A DNA stretch of 64,000 nt. Origin: Alphaproteobacteria bacterium. Its GTDB lineage: Bacteria > Pseudomonadota > Alphaproteobacteria > UBA7887. The stretch's first letter is position 1; each line of letters starts with the position of its first letter. The stretch is taken from the NCBI GenBank assembly GCA_965216755.1, contig CBDCGL010000011.1, positions 1,184,001 to 1,248,000 on the forward strand, given 5' to 3'. Below the pieces are notes generated by a model. The model saw only the letters and a list, made by a program, of their open reading frames with translations. It made no database searches and was not told the origin of the DNA. Shown here piece after piece: positions 1-8,786 of the stretch. The position numbers and the translations under genes were made by a program.

Positions 1-1128
1 ATCGTCGCCAAAGGGTTTGCCGCCGACGATACGGCGCGTGCCCAAACACGGGCGCGCGCGCTTACCGATAAGCTTCAGGACACAAGACTGTCTTTCCCCG
101 CGCTATACGGCCAATGTGTTTTTCATACGGTGCGTTCGGAACATCGGCGCGGCCAAGACGTCGCGCGCGAGTTCTTGGACTTGGCGAACGCAAAAGGCGA
201 AGCTGGATCTAGGCTTGTCGGCCATCGCATCATGGGCTTGACGGACATTTACCTTGGTGCGCCGGCGTCCGCCGTGCGCCACCTTGAGAAAGCGCTGTCC
301 CTCCACGATCCGGACGCGCATGGCGGCATGGCGTTTCACTATGCGCAGGATCCGAAAGTCGCGACACTCGCTCTGTTGTCGTGGGCCTACTGGCTCGTTG
401 GTCGTTTTTCAGACTCGATTGGCGCATCGACCGAGGCCCTGGCCGGTGCACGTGCCATGGGTCATAGCCACACTCTCGCCTATGCCTTGTTTCACGCCGG
501 TATTCTGCCGAACTACTTACGGCGCGACGTGGACTCGGTCGAGAAATGCGCCCGAGAGCTCGTAGATGTTTGCGATCAAGACGATATCGTTACGTGGCGC
601 CCATTTGGTCAAGCCGCCCTGGGTTGGATCGACATTCTTCGCGGGGAGGCGAACGAGGGTATCGCACAAGTACAGCAAGTGCTGACCGCGCGGCAGGTAA
701 CGACCGCAACATTCAATAGCACGTTCTTGCACGCGTTGATCGCCGAGGGTTACACACAAACTGATCGTCCCGACCGCGCTTTGAAAACGCTGGACGCGGC
801 GCGCGCCTTCACTGCCGATACCGCGGAAGGTTGGCTTCGGTCCGAGCTCGCCCGTATGACCGCCGATGCGCTGAGACTCTTGCCCGACACAACGCTGTCT
901 GATGTCGAGCAAAAGCTTTGCCATGCCGTGGACACCGCATACAAACAAGACGCGTACGCATTTGCGCTGCGTGCCGTCGCCGCGCTGGCGGAACATTGGC
1001 ATGATCGGGATGACGACCAAAGAGCCGCCGACTTGCTTCGGCCCATTGTCGCCCGGTTCGGCGAAGAAAGGACCTTGACCGAAGACCTCCGCCACGCAAG
1101 ATCTTTGCTCGATCAACTGCGCCGCTAG
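1..1128 (+). CDS. C-terminal part (TPR-like region) of an adenylate/guanylate cyclase-AAA ATPase-type protein; 5' end lies outside the window
   Basis: Frame open from base 1 (IVAKGFAADDTARAQTRARAL...FPALYG) into ORF 130-1128; YAQDPKVA...GHSHTLAYALF and AEGWLRSELAR...FALRA patterns typical of this family. Confidence 0.75.
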   Translation: MVAKGFAADDTARAQTRARALTDKLQDTRLSFPALYGQCVFHTVRSEHRRGQDVAREFLDLANAKGEAGSRLVGHRIMGLTDIYLGAPASAVRHLEKALSLHDPDAHGGMAFHYAQDPKVATLALLSWAYWLVGRFSDSIGASTEALAGARAMGHSHTLAYALFHAGILPNYLRRDVDSVEKCARELVDVCDQDDIVTWRPFGQAALGWIDILRGEANEGIAQVQQVLTARQVTTATFNSTFLHALIAEGYTQTDRPDRALKTLDAARAFTADTAEGWLRSELARMTADALRLLPDTTLSDVEQKLCHAVDTAYKQDAYAFALRAVAALAEHWHDRDDDQRAADLLRPIVARFGEERTLTEDLRHARSLLDQLRR

Positions 1129-1213
1129 GGTTGCGTGTTGCGCGTCGTGTGGCAACCGCGGTCGGCGCTTGGTGAACGCTGTCGAGTCTGTCACACGTCA
1201 GGAAGGCCATTTG

Positions 1214-1843
1214 ATGCCGCGTATTCTGGTTCTGGTCGCACATCCCACGTTGGAAACATCTGTTGTCAACCGATCATTGACGGACACCATAGGGAACATG
1301 CGCGATGTGACCATTTGCGACCTGTATGAACACTATCCCGACTTCGAAATCGACGTCGAGCGCGAGCAAGAGAACCTCCGCAACCATGACATCATCGTAC
1401 TGCAGCATCCTTTCTATTGGTATTCGGCCCCGGCCCTGATCAAAGAATGGCAGGATCTGGTTTTGGAGCATGGCTTCGCCTATGGCAGTGCCGGCACTGC
1501 ACTGGTGGGCAAAGCCCTTATGAACGTGATTTCGACGGGAGGCGGCAAAGCTGCCTATAGCGCCGCCGGTTACAATCACTTCACGATACGTCAGTTCCTT
1601 GTGCCATTCGAACAGACGGCCAGGCTCTGCGGCATGAACTATTTGGCGCCATTCATCGTTCACCAAGGGCGTGCCCTGGCGGCAACTGAACGACAGGTCT
1701 TGGCGAAGTCCTACCGCGGTCTTCTGGAAAAGCTGCGCGACGGACAAATCGACTCGGCGCAATTGACCGAATGGGACGACGCCAACACCCTTTTGTCGTC
1801 ATTCGGTCAAGAAACACCGCCAAATTCGCGCTCTGTTACATAG
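1214..1843 (+). CDS. Glutathione-regulated K+ efflux ancillary NAD(P)H oxidoreductase (KefF/KefG family)
   Basis: LVLVAHP, DLYEHYPDFEIDV, QHPFYWYSAPALIKEWQD motifs; ATG 1214 after CAGGAAGG; 3 bp upstream of kefC. Confidence 0.9.
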   Translation: MPRILVLVAHPTLETSVVNRSLTDTIGNMRDVTICDLYEHYPDFEIDVEREQENLRNHDIIVLQHPFYWYSAPALIKEWQDLVLEHGFAYGSAGTALVGKALMNVISTGGGKAAYSAAGYNHFTIRQFLVPFEQTARLCGMNYLAPFIVHQGRALAATERQVLAKSYRGLLEKLRDGQIDSAQLTEWDDANTLLSSFGQETPPNSRSVT

Positions 1844-1846
1844 GCC

Positions 1847-3739
1847 ATGGGACTCGAGAGCTTTCTTTACCAGGCCTTCGTTTACCTCTTGGCCGCCGTC
1901 GTCTCTGTGCCGATCGCAAAGCGTTTGGGCCTGGGATCCGTTCTCGGATACCTCATTGCCGGCGCCATGATTGGGCCATTCGTGTTCGGCCTAGTCGGTG
2001 ACGAAGGGACCGACATCATGCATTTCGCGGAGTTCGGCGTCGTCATGATGTTGTTTATTGTTGGCCTTGAACTTCGTCCCACATTGCTGTGGTCAATGCG
2101 TAAACCCATTGTGGGACTTGGTGGCCTACAAGTTGTTTTAACAACGTTCGTTTTAACAGTTATCGCCCTGGCAATTGGGTTGGATTGGCGCGCTGGTTTG
2201 GCGATCGGCATGACGCTGGCATTGTCATCCACCGCGATCGTCTTGCAAAGCCTGACTGAAAAGGGCCTTATCAAGACCGAGGCAGGACAATCAGCGTTCG
2301 CGGTCTTGTTGTTTCAAGACATCGCGGTGATCCCCATCCTCGCTGTTCTGCCGTTGCTCGCTGTGCCAGAGCTCGCGGACACCACCACGCATGCGCGCCA
2401 TGATACACATGGATCGAGCCTGGCACCGGACGGGCCCCCGTGGCTTCGCGCGTTGATGGTGTTTGGCGCGGTCGCGATCATCGTACTGGCCGGGCGCTTC
2501 GTCATGCGCCCGATATTTCGTTTCATCGCCGAGACCAGGTTGCGCGAATTGTTTACAGCCACGGCCCTGCTTTTGGTGATTGGCACCGCCCTGCTCATGC
2601 AGTCGGTCGGATTGTCGCCGGCGCTTGGTACGTTCTTGGCAGGTGTCGTGCTCGCCGAAAGTGAATACCGACACGAACTTGAAACCGACATCGAGCCCTT
2701 CAAAGGCTTGCTCTTGGGGCTGTTTTTCATTTCGGTGGGGGCCAGCATTGACTTCGCGTTGGTGGCGGCCCAGCCATGGACCTTGGCAGCGGTAACACTC
2801 GGATTGATGGCGATCAAACTGACGCTATTGCTCGGCGTCGGCTCCCTATTCGGCCTGTCGCTGCCGGTCAACACCTTATTCGCGTTTGCCCTAGCACAAG
2901 GCGGGGAGTTTGCTTTTGTTCTTTTCTCGTTTGCACTCAGCAACGGCGTATTGGCGGCCGATGTTGTCGGCCCACTGGTTGCCGCCGTCGCATTGAGCAT
3001 GGCGATCACACCGCTGCTACTATTAATCAATGAGCGCCTTATTCAGCCGCGTTTGACGACGCGCGGGGCTACGCGCGAGGCGGACACGATAGACGATCTT
3101 GAGTCGTCGGTTGTCATCGCCGGATTTGGCCGTTTCGGCATGACCGTGGGCCGGCTGTTGCTGGCCGCAGGCATACGCCCAACGGTCTTGGATCACGACG
3201 CCCGTCAAATCGAGTCGCTACGGCGATTTGGCTACAAGGTCTACTATGGCGACGCGACGCGGTCCGATCTGCTTGAAGCCGCGGGTTGCAAGACCGCCAA
3301 AGTCCTTGTAATCGCGGTTGACGACCAAGAGGCAGTCTTGGCAATCAGCGAGACAGCCCGTCGACATTTTCCCCATTTGCATATTTTGGCGCGTGCCCGG
3401 GACCGCCGCGACGCATACGACTTGCTTGATATGGGCATCACCGATGTGTACCGCGAGACCCTCGGCTCCGCCCTAAGCATGGGTGTCGCGGCGCTGCGCG
3501 CGGCAGGAATGCGGGCTCACCGCGCCCACCGTATGGCGCGAGCCTTTCAACACCATGATAGCGCCATGCTCAGAGACCTGGCGGCCGTACGCAAGGACTC
3601 GCGCACCTATCTGGCGCACTCGCGCGCCCGCGCCGAAGAAATATCGCGCGTGCTCGGCGCGGATCGTCAAGATCGCTACGACAGCGTTGACCATGCTTGG
3701 GGCGCGCCGCCCGTGCGCCCCGACGCCGACGAGGATTAA
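1847..3739 (+). CDS. kefC: Glutathione-gated K+ efflux antiporter KefB/KefC (CPA2)
   Basis: RLGLGSVLGYL, HFAEFGVV, ESEYRHELETDIEPFKGLLLGLFF, KTN domain IAGFGRFG. Confidence 0.92.
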   Translation: MGLESFLYQAFVYLLAAVVSVPIAKRLGLGSVLGYLIAGAMIGPFVFGLVGDEGTDIMHFAEFGVVMMLFIVGLELRPTLLWSMRKPIVGLGGLQVVLTTFVLTVIALAIGLDWRAGLAIGMTLALSSTAIVLQSLTEKGLIKTEAGQSAFAVLLFQDIAVIPILAVLPLLAVPELADTTTHARHDTHGSSLAPDGPPWLRALMVFGAVAIIVLAGRFVMRPIFRFIAETRLRELFTATALLLVIGTALLMQSVGLSPALGTFLAGVVLAESEYRHELETDIEPFKGLLLGLFFISVGASIDFALVAAQPWTLAAVTLGLMAIKLTLLLGVGSLFGLSLPVNTLFAFALAQGGEFAFVLFSFALSNGVLAADVVGPLVAAVALSMAITPLLLLINERLIQPRLTTRGATREADTIDDLESSVVIAGFGRFGMTVGRLLLAAGIRPTVLDHDARQIESLRRFGYKVYYGDATRSDLLEAAGCKTAKVLVIAVDDQEAVLAISETARRHFPHLHILARARDRRDAYDLLDMGITDVYRETLGSALSMGVAALRAAGMRAHRAHRMARAFQHHDSAMLRDLAAVRKDSRTYLAHSRARAEEISRVLGADRQDRYDSVDHAWGAPPVRPDADED

Positions 3740-3869
3740 TACAATTTATCAATAATTTACAAAATAGATCGCGGCTATTTCCTGGGTCATTTCGAGGCCA
3801 CCTCCCAGGCCCACAAAAGCCACATTAATTCGCGCCGCCGGATCGATTTTCAGAGAATGTTAAGCGAAA

Positions 3870-4487
3870 TTGGAAATTGTGAGAGGCACCGTCCATTTCC
3901 ATTGTTTGCATCTGATTTGCCGGCAACCGCTGACCAGGAGCCAATCTGTGAAAACGCGAAGTCAAGTCGTTGCTCAGGGACAGGCCCACGATTGCGAAGT
4001 CACGCAATTGTCCAATGGCGCCGCGCGCGTCCGTTTGCCGGCGGACATCGCGGAATCCGACGACCTTTATCTTCGGTTGCCTGGGCCAAATGACATCAAA
4101 TGCGAGCTCTTGTGGCGAAACGGCCAGGAAATGGCCCTCCGCCTGCTCGACGACCCTGGTTCAGAAGACCAGACCCCAGCCATCGAGCAGGACGAACAGC
4201 GCCGGTACAGCCGTACCGCGGTCATGTGGGTCGGGACGATCAGCTCGATCAACGGCACCAGCTCTTGCGACGTCATCGATGTGTCCGCGTTCGGTGCCGG
4301 TCTGTCCATTCCCGAGGGCGTCGAATGCGGCAAATGGGTGATCCTGGCCACAAAGCGGCTGGAAGAAACGCCGGGGCGTGTCGCCTGGATTGACGGCGAC
4401 CGCATGGGCATCGAATTTCTGGAGGATCCCGACGTCGTCGCGCGCCGCCTGGCACAAGCGATTCCGCCACCCGCGAAAAAGTCGTAA
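3870..4487 (+). CDS. PilZ domain protein (probably two PilZ-like domains)
   Basis: QRRYSR (RxxxR) and DVSAFG (DxSxxG) in C-terminal half; degenerate QLSNGAA N-terminal half; start uncertain. Confidence 0.75.
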   Translation: MEIVRGTVHFHCLHLICRQPLTRSQSVKTRSQVVAQGQAHDCEVTQLSNGAARVRLPADIAESDDLYLRLPGPNDIKCELLWRNGQEMALRLLDDPGSEDQTPAIEQDEQRRYSRTAVMWVGTISSINGTSSCDVIDVSAFGAGLSIPEGVECGKWVILATKRLEETPGRVAWIDGDRMGIEFLEDPDVVARRLAQAIPPPAKKS

Positions 4488-4493
4488 TGGGGC

Positions 4494-5378
4494 CTATTGG
4501 CCTGTGAGCTGACGCGACGGCGCACGAGACAGAAACTCAAGGATCGCGCTGTTGCGATTTGGCCATTTCGTGTGTGGACCCTCTCCCTCACAATAGAGCG
4601 TCTCCACGCCACCCTCGCAGTTTTCGTAAGCGACACAACTTTCCGCGTTACGCGGGCGCGGTTCGCCATCGCATTTGTTGCAGGCGGCCCACCATGCCGC
4701 CGTTTCCGCGCCCAAGCCGGGAAACAAACGATCGTCGCGACTGTGCAGGACCATCACTGATGTAGGGTCCGGGCAAGACTGATTAGCAAGATCGTCGCCG
4801 CCCAGCCCGGCCGCGCTGGGCGCGATTGCCGCCGCCGCGATCGGCGACTCCTCGAGAAACGTGAGAGCATTGGAGACCAGGCCGCCATTCGAATGGCCGG
4901 TCATGAAAACACGGGTTCGATCGATACACCAATCGTCGGCCACGAGATTCGGAATTCGGCCGAGCGCTAGGATACTCTCGACCGACATTTCCGCATCGTC
5001 AGCAAACGCCACGATAAATCCGGCCGCCGTCGCTTGCCGGGTAATTCCAAGCAACCTTTCAGACGCGGCGCGGCTGCGACCACCCGGTGCATAGACCATC
5101 AACAACGGATGCGCTACATCCGCACGATAGTTGCCGGGCGCACGCACGCTGTATCCAAACCCACTCGGCGACTGAAGATCATTGGTCGCACCACCCCGCC
5201 CCACGCGCCCAGCAGAGTCACAAACACCAATTGATGTTTCGGCAGGGTAGTCGTGTTCCGCCGGCTGATCGCGGCGGCGCGCGTCTTCGACCGCAAGCCG
5301 TTGCCAGGCCAAATAAATCACGACGGCCGCGACGAAACCCGCCATCCAAACAACGTTTGACGACACCCTAAGTTTCAT
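4494..5378 (-). CDS. Membrane-anchored alpha/beta esterase, PHB-depolymerase/LpqC-like family
   Basis: N-terminal TM helix; GHSNGG nucleophile elbow; LHSRDD and GPHTKWP Asp/His motifs; WWAACNKC. Confidence 0.75.
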   Translation of the reverse strand: MKLRVSSNVVWMAGFVAAVVIYLAWQRLAVEDARRRDQPAEHDYPAETSIGVCDSAGRVGRGGATNDLQSPSGFGYSVRAPGNYRADVAHPLLMVYAPGGRSRAASERLLGITRQATAAGFIVAFADDAEMSVESILALGRIPNLVADDWCIDRTRVFMTGHSNGGLVSNALTFLEESPIAAAAIAPSAAGLGGDDLANQSCPDPTSVMVLHSRDDRLFPGLGAETAAWWAACNKCDGEPRPRNAESCVAYENCEGGVETLYCEGEGPHTKWPNRNSAILEFLSRAPSRQLTGQ

Positions 5379-5498
5379 CGGCCGACGATGGCGCCACTAT
5401 TGCGCGCAAGAGAATTCGCGCGAATCACACCGCCACGACCGCGCGCGCCGCGCAGGTCCGCCCCGCCTAGCCAAAGCCATGCAGAATTCTGTGGGTCT

Positions 5499-5588
5499 TG
5501 CAGCCGCACATTGCAACGCAGCATTACGTCGTGAACATCCTCAGACATCGGCTAAATCAATGAAGATTGTCGATATTGCAGTGCAGAA
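5499..5588. promoter_or_regulatory. Cluster of PhaR/AniA-like boxes
   Basis: TGCAACGCAGCA 5512-5523 and TGCAGTGCAGAA 5577-5588 fit TGCRNYGCASMA (recalled rhizobial PhaR pattern); TGC-N4-GCA variant 5499-5510. Confidence 0.5.
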
Positions 5589-5648
5589 TGACGCGATTTA
5601 GCAAGATTAAAGCGCGTCTGCTATCGGACATAACAAGGGCCAAGACGC

Positions 5649-5662
5649 TTGAACAGGATCAA
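5649..5662 (+). promoter_or_regulatory. FNR/FixK-like binding box
   Basis: TTGAA-CAGG-ATCAA, one mismatch to TTGAT-N4-ATCAA, 113 bp upstream of xmoC. Confidence 0.55.
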
Positions 5663-5775
5663 AATCTTGTGACAACATGACCTGAAAGCCAACATGGTTA
5701 TGAATAATAAGAACAAGTCGCAATTGGCGAGGACGCCAACTTCGGACAAATGGTTGAAAGATTCATGGGGACAAA

Positions 5776-6576
5776 GTGATGGCCGTAACAGCAGAACTTA
5801 GAACGGCAGAACAGGTACGCGCCGAATCCGCCTCGTCGGATGACAGCATGTCGGTGAGTGGATTGATTCCATGGCAACCCATTCTTCTTTTTGTCGCCAT
5901 CGTGACAACCGCCATGATCGGCGTGCGCATTTACCAGCAGATATTTGGCTGGACCGCGGGCCTCGACTACTTCGAACCCGAGTTTCAGACCTACTGGATG
6001 AATTTCTTGTATGGCGAATGGATCTTGGAAGCGGTCTTGGCAACCACGATTTGGGGCTACATTTGGATGACCCGCGATCGTGACCTAGCCAACCTATCGC
6101 CACGCGAGGAGCTGCGTCGCTATTTCAGGGCAGTCGCGATGATCTTTGCGTACGTCTTTATCATCTATTGGACCGGCAGTTTCTTCGCCGAACAAGACGC
6201 ATCATGGCACCAAGTGGCGATCCGCGATACCGATTTCACGCCGAGCCACATCCCGCTGTTCTACCTAACGATGCCCCTTTACGTCATCTTTGGCGTGGCG
6301 GCGTTTTTATATGCGCGGACGCGTCTGCCGGAATTTGCCAACAGAATCTCCGTGCCCTTCGTCATTGGAGTTGCCGGGCCGTTCCTCATTCTGCCAAATC
6401 TGGGCTACAACGAGTGGGGGCACACATTCTTTTTCATGGAAGAGCTGTTTGCTGCGCCAATTCATTGGGGATTTGTCGTCCTCGGCTGGTCGGCGCTGGC
6501 ATTGGGCGGGTTACTTCTGCAGTTGCTTCGGCGCATGGTCGAGTTGACAAACATCAACGCCACTGAGCAACCATAG
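5776..6576 (+). CDS. xmoC: Copper membrane monooxygenase subunit C (PmoC/AmoC family)
   Basis: GLDYFEPEFQTYW, EQDASWHQVAIRDTDFTPSH (CuC D/H/H), LPNLGYNEWGHTFFFMEELFAAPIHWGF (CuD N/H/H). Confidence 0.97.
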   Translation: MMAVTAELRTAEQVRAESASSDDSMSVSGLIPWQPILLFVAIVTTAMIGVRIYQQIFGWTAGLDYFEPEFQTYWMNFLYGEWILEAVLATTIWGYIWMTRDRDLANLSPREELRRYFRAVAMIFAYVFIIYWTGSFFAEQDASWHQVAIRDTDFTPSHIPLFYLTMPLYVIFGVAAFLYARTRLPEFANRISVPFVIGVAGPFLILPNLGYNEWGHTFFFMEELFAAPIHWGFVVLGWSALALGGLLLQLLRRMVELTNINATEQP

Positions 6577-6605
6577 ACGTCAAACTTATCCAGCAGGATT
6601 GGTGG

Positions 6606-6651
6606 GAATCATGACGGAGGCGGTCGATGGTGGCGCGCCTCCATTTGATTC
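6606..6651 (+). other. Intergenic stem-loop between xmoC and xmoA
   Basis: GAATCA..GGAGGCG (6606-6622) pairs with CGCCTCC..TGATTC (6636-6651); no U-tract. Confidence 0.55.
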
Positions 6652-6727
6652 TGAAACGCCGGCCGGCGCCAATTCCGCCGAGAAAAAGATAACAGGCACG
6701 ACTGAAGACAAGGGGTAGGATTAGACC

Positions 6728-7483
6728 ATGGCTGTCACGGAATCCACGCCAACGTCGGCCATTCGGAACGCCGACGAGCAGCACAGAACTGAGGTTGCTT
6801 TTGATGTGTTGGCCATCCCAACGATCGCGATCGTTCTCCTGGCCGCGTTTCATCTGCATTTCATGCTAACCGCCGGCGACTGGGATTTTTGGACCGATTG
6901 GAAAGATCGCCGCTGGTGGCCCCTGATCACGCCAATCACCCTGATCACATTTCCGGCGGCGGTACAATATCTTCTATGGTCCAAGTTCCGCATCCCATTC
7001 GGCGCCACGGTCTGCATTGTGCTGATCACGATCGGCATGTGGATCAGTCGTAGCGTGCAGTTCGTCGGTTGGGCATATTACCCGATGAGTTTCGTTTGGC
7101 CGGCCATGTTTATACCGATGGCGCTCGTGCTCGATTCCGTGTTGGTGCTGACAAGAAGTTACCTGCTCACCGGCATCTTCGGCGGTTTCATATGGGCTGT
7201 GGTCTTCTATCCAGCGAACTGGGCGATATTAGCCCCCTATCATTTGCCCATTGAGTTGCACGGCGTGCTGATGACCCTGGCGGACCTGCAGGGTTACATG
7301 TATGTGCGAGCGGGCACACCTGAGTACATTCGGATCATCGAAGAAGGAACCCTGCGCACATTTGGCGAACATGTCACACCGATCACGGTATTCTTTGCCG
7401 CCTTCGTGTGCATTCTTATGTATTTCTTGTGGAATCGTATCGGCGCGTTCTTGGCTCGAACGACCTGGGTGAAGAGGGTATAG
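6728..7483 (+). CDS. xmoA: Copper membrane monooxygenase subunit A (PmoA/AmoA family)
   Basis: HFMLTAGDWDFWTDWKDRRWWP, FYPANW, YVRAGTPEYIRIIEEGTLRTFG. Confidence 0.97.
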   Translation: MAVTESTPTSAIRNADEQHRTEVAFDVLAIPTIAIVLLAAFHLHFMLTAGDWDFWTDWKDRRWWPLITPITLITFPAAVQYLLWSKFRIPFGATVCIVLITIGMWISRSVQFVGWAYYPMSFVWPAMFIPMALVLDSVLVLTRSYLLTGIFGGFIWAVVFYPANWAILAPYHLPIELHGVLMTLADLQGYMYVRAGTPEYIRIIEEGTLRTFGEHVTPITVFFAAFVCILMYFLWNRIGAFLARTTWVKRV

Positions 7484-7487
7484 AGCC

Positions 7488-8747
7488 ATGAAACATCCAC
7501 AGGTAAGCCCAGCGGGCCGCTTCGGACTGTTCACATTGGCGGCCATCGTGGCTGTTCTGAGTATCGCTTGGAGCGCGCCGGTCGGCGCGCATGGTGAAAA
7601 AGCGCAAGAAGCGTTTCTGCGCATGCGTAGCTTGCATTGGTTCGATACGGAGATTTCGCCGCGCCAGGGCTCTATCAACGACATAGTCACGGTAACAGGC
7701 AAATTCCGGACCTCAAAGGCATGGCCCATGGCCATTGCCCAGCCCGACGTGGCGTTTCTCAACATTGGGGTCCCGGGTCCAATGTTTGTGCGCTTGGAGT
7801 CGTTCATCAACGACGTCAATATGGTGAATTCGACCAAATTCGAATTGGGCGCCACATACGAATACAAAGTGGTGTTGAAAGCACGGCGCCCCGGACGCTT
7901 TCACATCCACCCCCTGATGAACATTCAGGACGCCGGCCCGTTGGTCGGACCCGGCGTGTGGGTTGACATCGCTGGCGATCCCGCACACTTCAAGCATGAA
8001 GTGACGGCCCTTACGGGCGACGTCGTCGATTTGGAAACCTATGGCCTCGCCAACGTTGTTCGTTGGCACGCGCTGTGGTTCGTTATCGGCGCGGCATGGC
8101 TCGTGTATTGGCTGTTCTTTAAAGGTCGCTTGTTGTTGCCGCGCTATCGGAAAGTTGCGATGTTGGGCGATGATGCCGATAGCATGATCACGCCGATGGA
8201 CCGCCGATTTGCGCTCGGGCTATTGGCGGCGACGTTGACAATCACTGCGTTCGGCTTCTATTGGGCGGACGCAAAGTATCCCGTGACCGTGCCACTGCAA
8301 ACCGGCCGCGTCATCGTTCCGCCGTTGCCGGAACCGGATGCAACCGTCGATCTCAAATTGAAAGAGGCGAAATACGAGATCCCCGGCCGGCGGCTAACAA
8401 TCCAAACGACGATCACCAACGACACCGACAACGGCGTGCAGGTTGGAGAGTTTGCCACGGCGAACGTGCGTTTTATCAACGACGCAGTGCTCGATATACA
8501 ACCGATCGATTCACATGATTTGGTTGCGCCCAGTGGGTTGCGCATTGAGGGTGGCCCAATTCCGGCAGGTGAAAGCCGGGCGATTACATTGATCGCTGAG
8601 GATGCTTTGTGGGAGACGCATCGTCTGTCGCGGCTGATCTATGACCCAGATAGCCGCTTTGCGGGTCTCGTGTTCTTGTACGACGATCAAGGCAATCGCT
8701 CGGTTGTTGAGGTCGAAGGACCGATGCTGCCCACTTTTTCGATGTAA
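7488..8747 (+). CDS. xmoB: Copper membrane monooxygenase subunit B (PmoB/AmoB family)
   Basis: Signal peptide then HGEKAQEAFLRMR; LKARRPGRFHIHP (CuB HxH); two TM helices; RLSRLIYDPDSRFAGL. Confidence 0.97.
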   Translation: MKHPQVSPAGRFGLFTLAAIVAVLSIAWSAPVGAHGEKAQEAFLRMRSLHWFDTEISPRQGSINDIVTVTGKFRTSKAWPMAIAQPDVAFLNIGVPGPMFVRLESFINDVNMVNSTKFELGATYEYKVVLKARRPGRFHIHPLMNIQDAGPLVGPGVWVDIAGDPAHFKHEVTALTGDVVDLETYGLANVVRWHALWFVIGAAWLVYWLFFKGRLLLPRYRKVAMLGDDADSMITPMDRRFALGLLAATLTITAFGFYWADAKYPVTVPLQTGRVIVPPLPEPDATVDLKLKEAKYEIPGRRLTIQTTITNDTDNGVQVGEFATANVRFINDAVLDIQPIDSHDLVAPSGLRIEGGPIPAGESRAITLIAEDALWETHRLSRLIYDPDSRFAGLVFLYDDQGNRSVVEVEGPMLPTFSM

Positions 8748-8786
8748 CGTGACCGGTCGCACCGGCGACACAAGGAGGAACGGCCT

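Noticed and set aside
5380-5775. Sigma54 promoter for xmoC
   Set aside because: No TGGCAC-N5-TTGC; TTGGCG at 5724 is part of a small hairpin
5776-8747. Naming the operon amoCAB or pmoCAB
   Set aside because: Signature residues fit neither canonical group as recalled, and no hao or canonical MDH is in the window; substrate cannot be read from sequence
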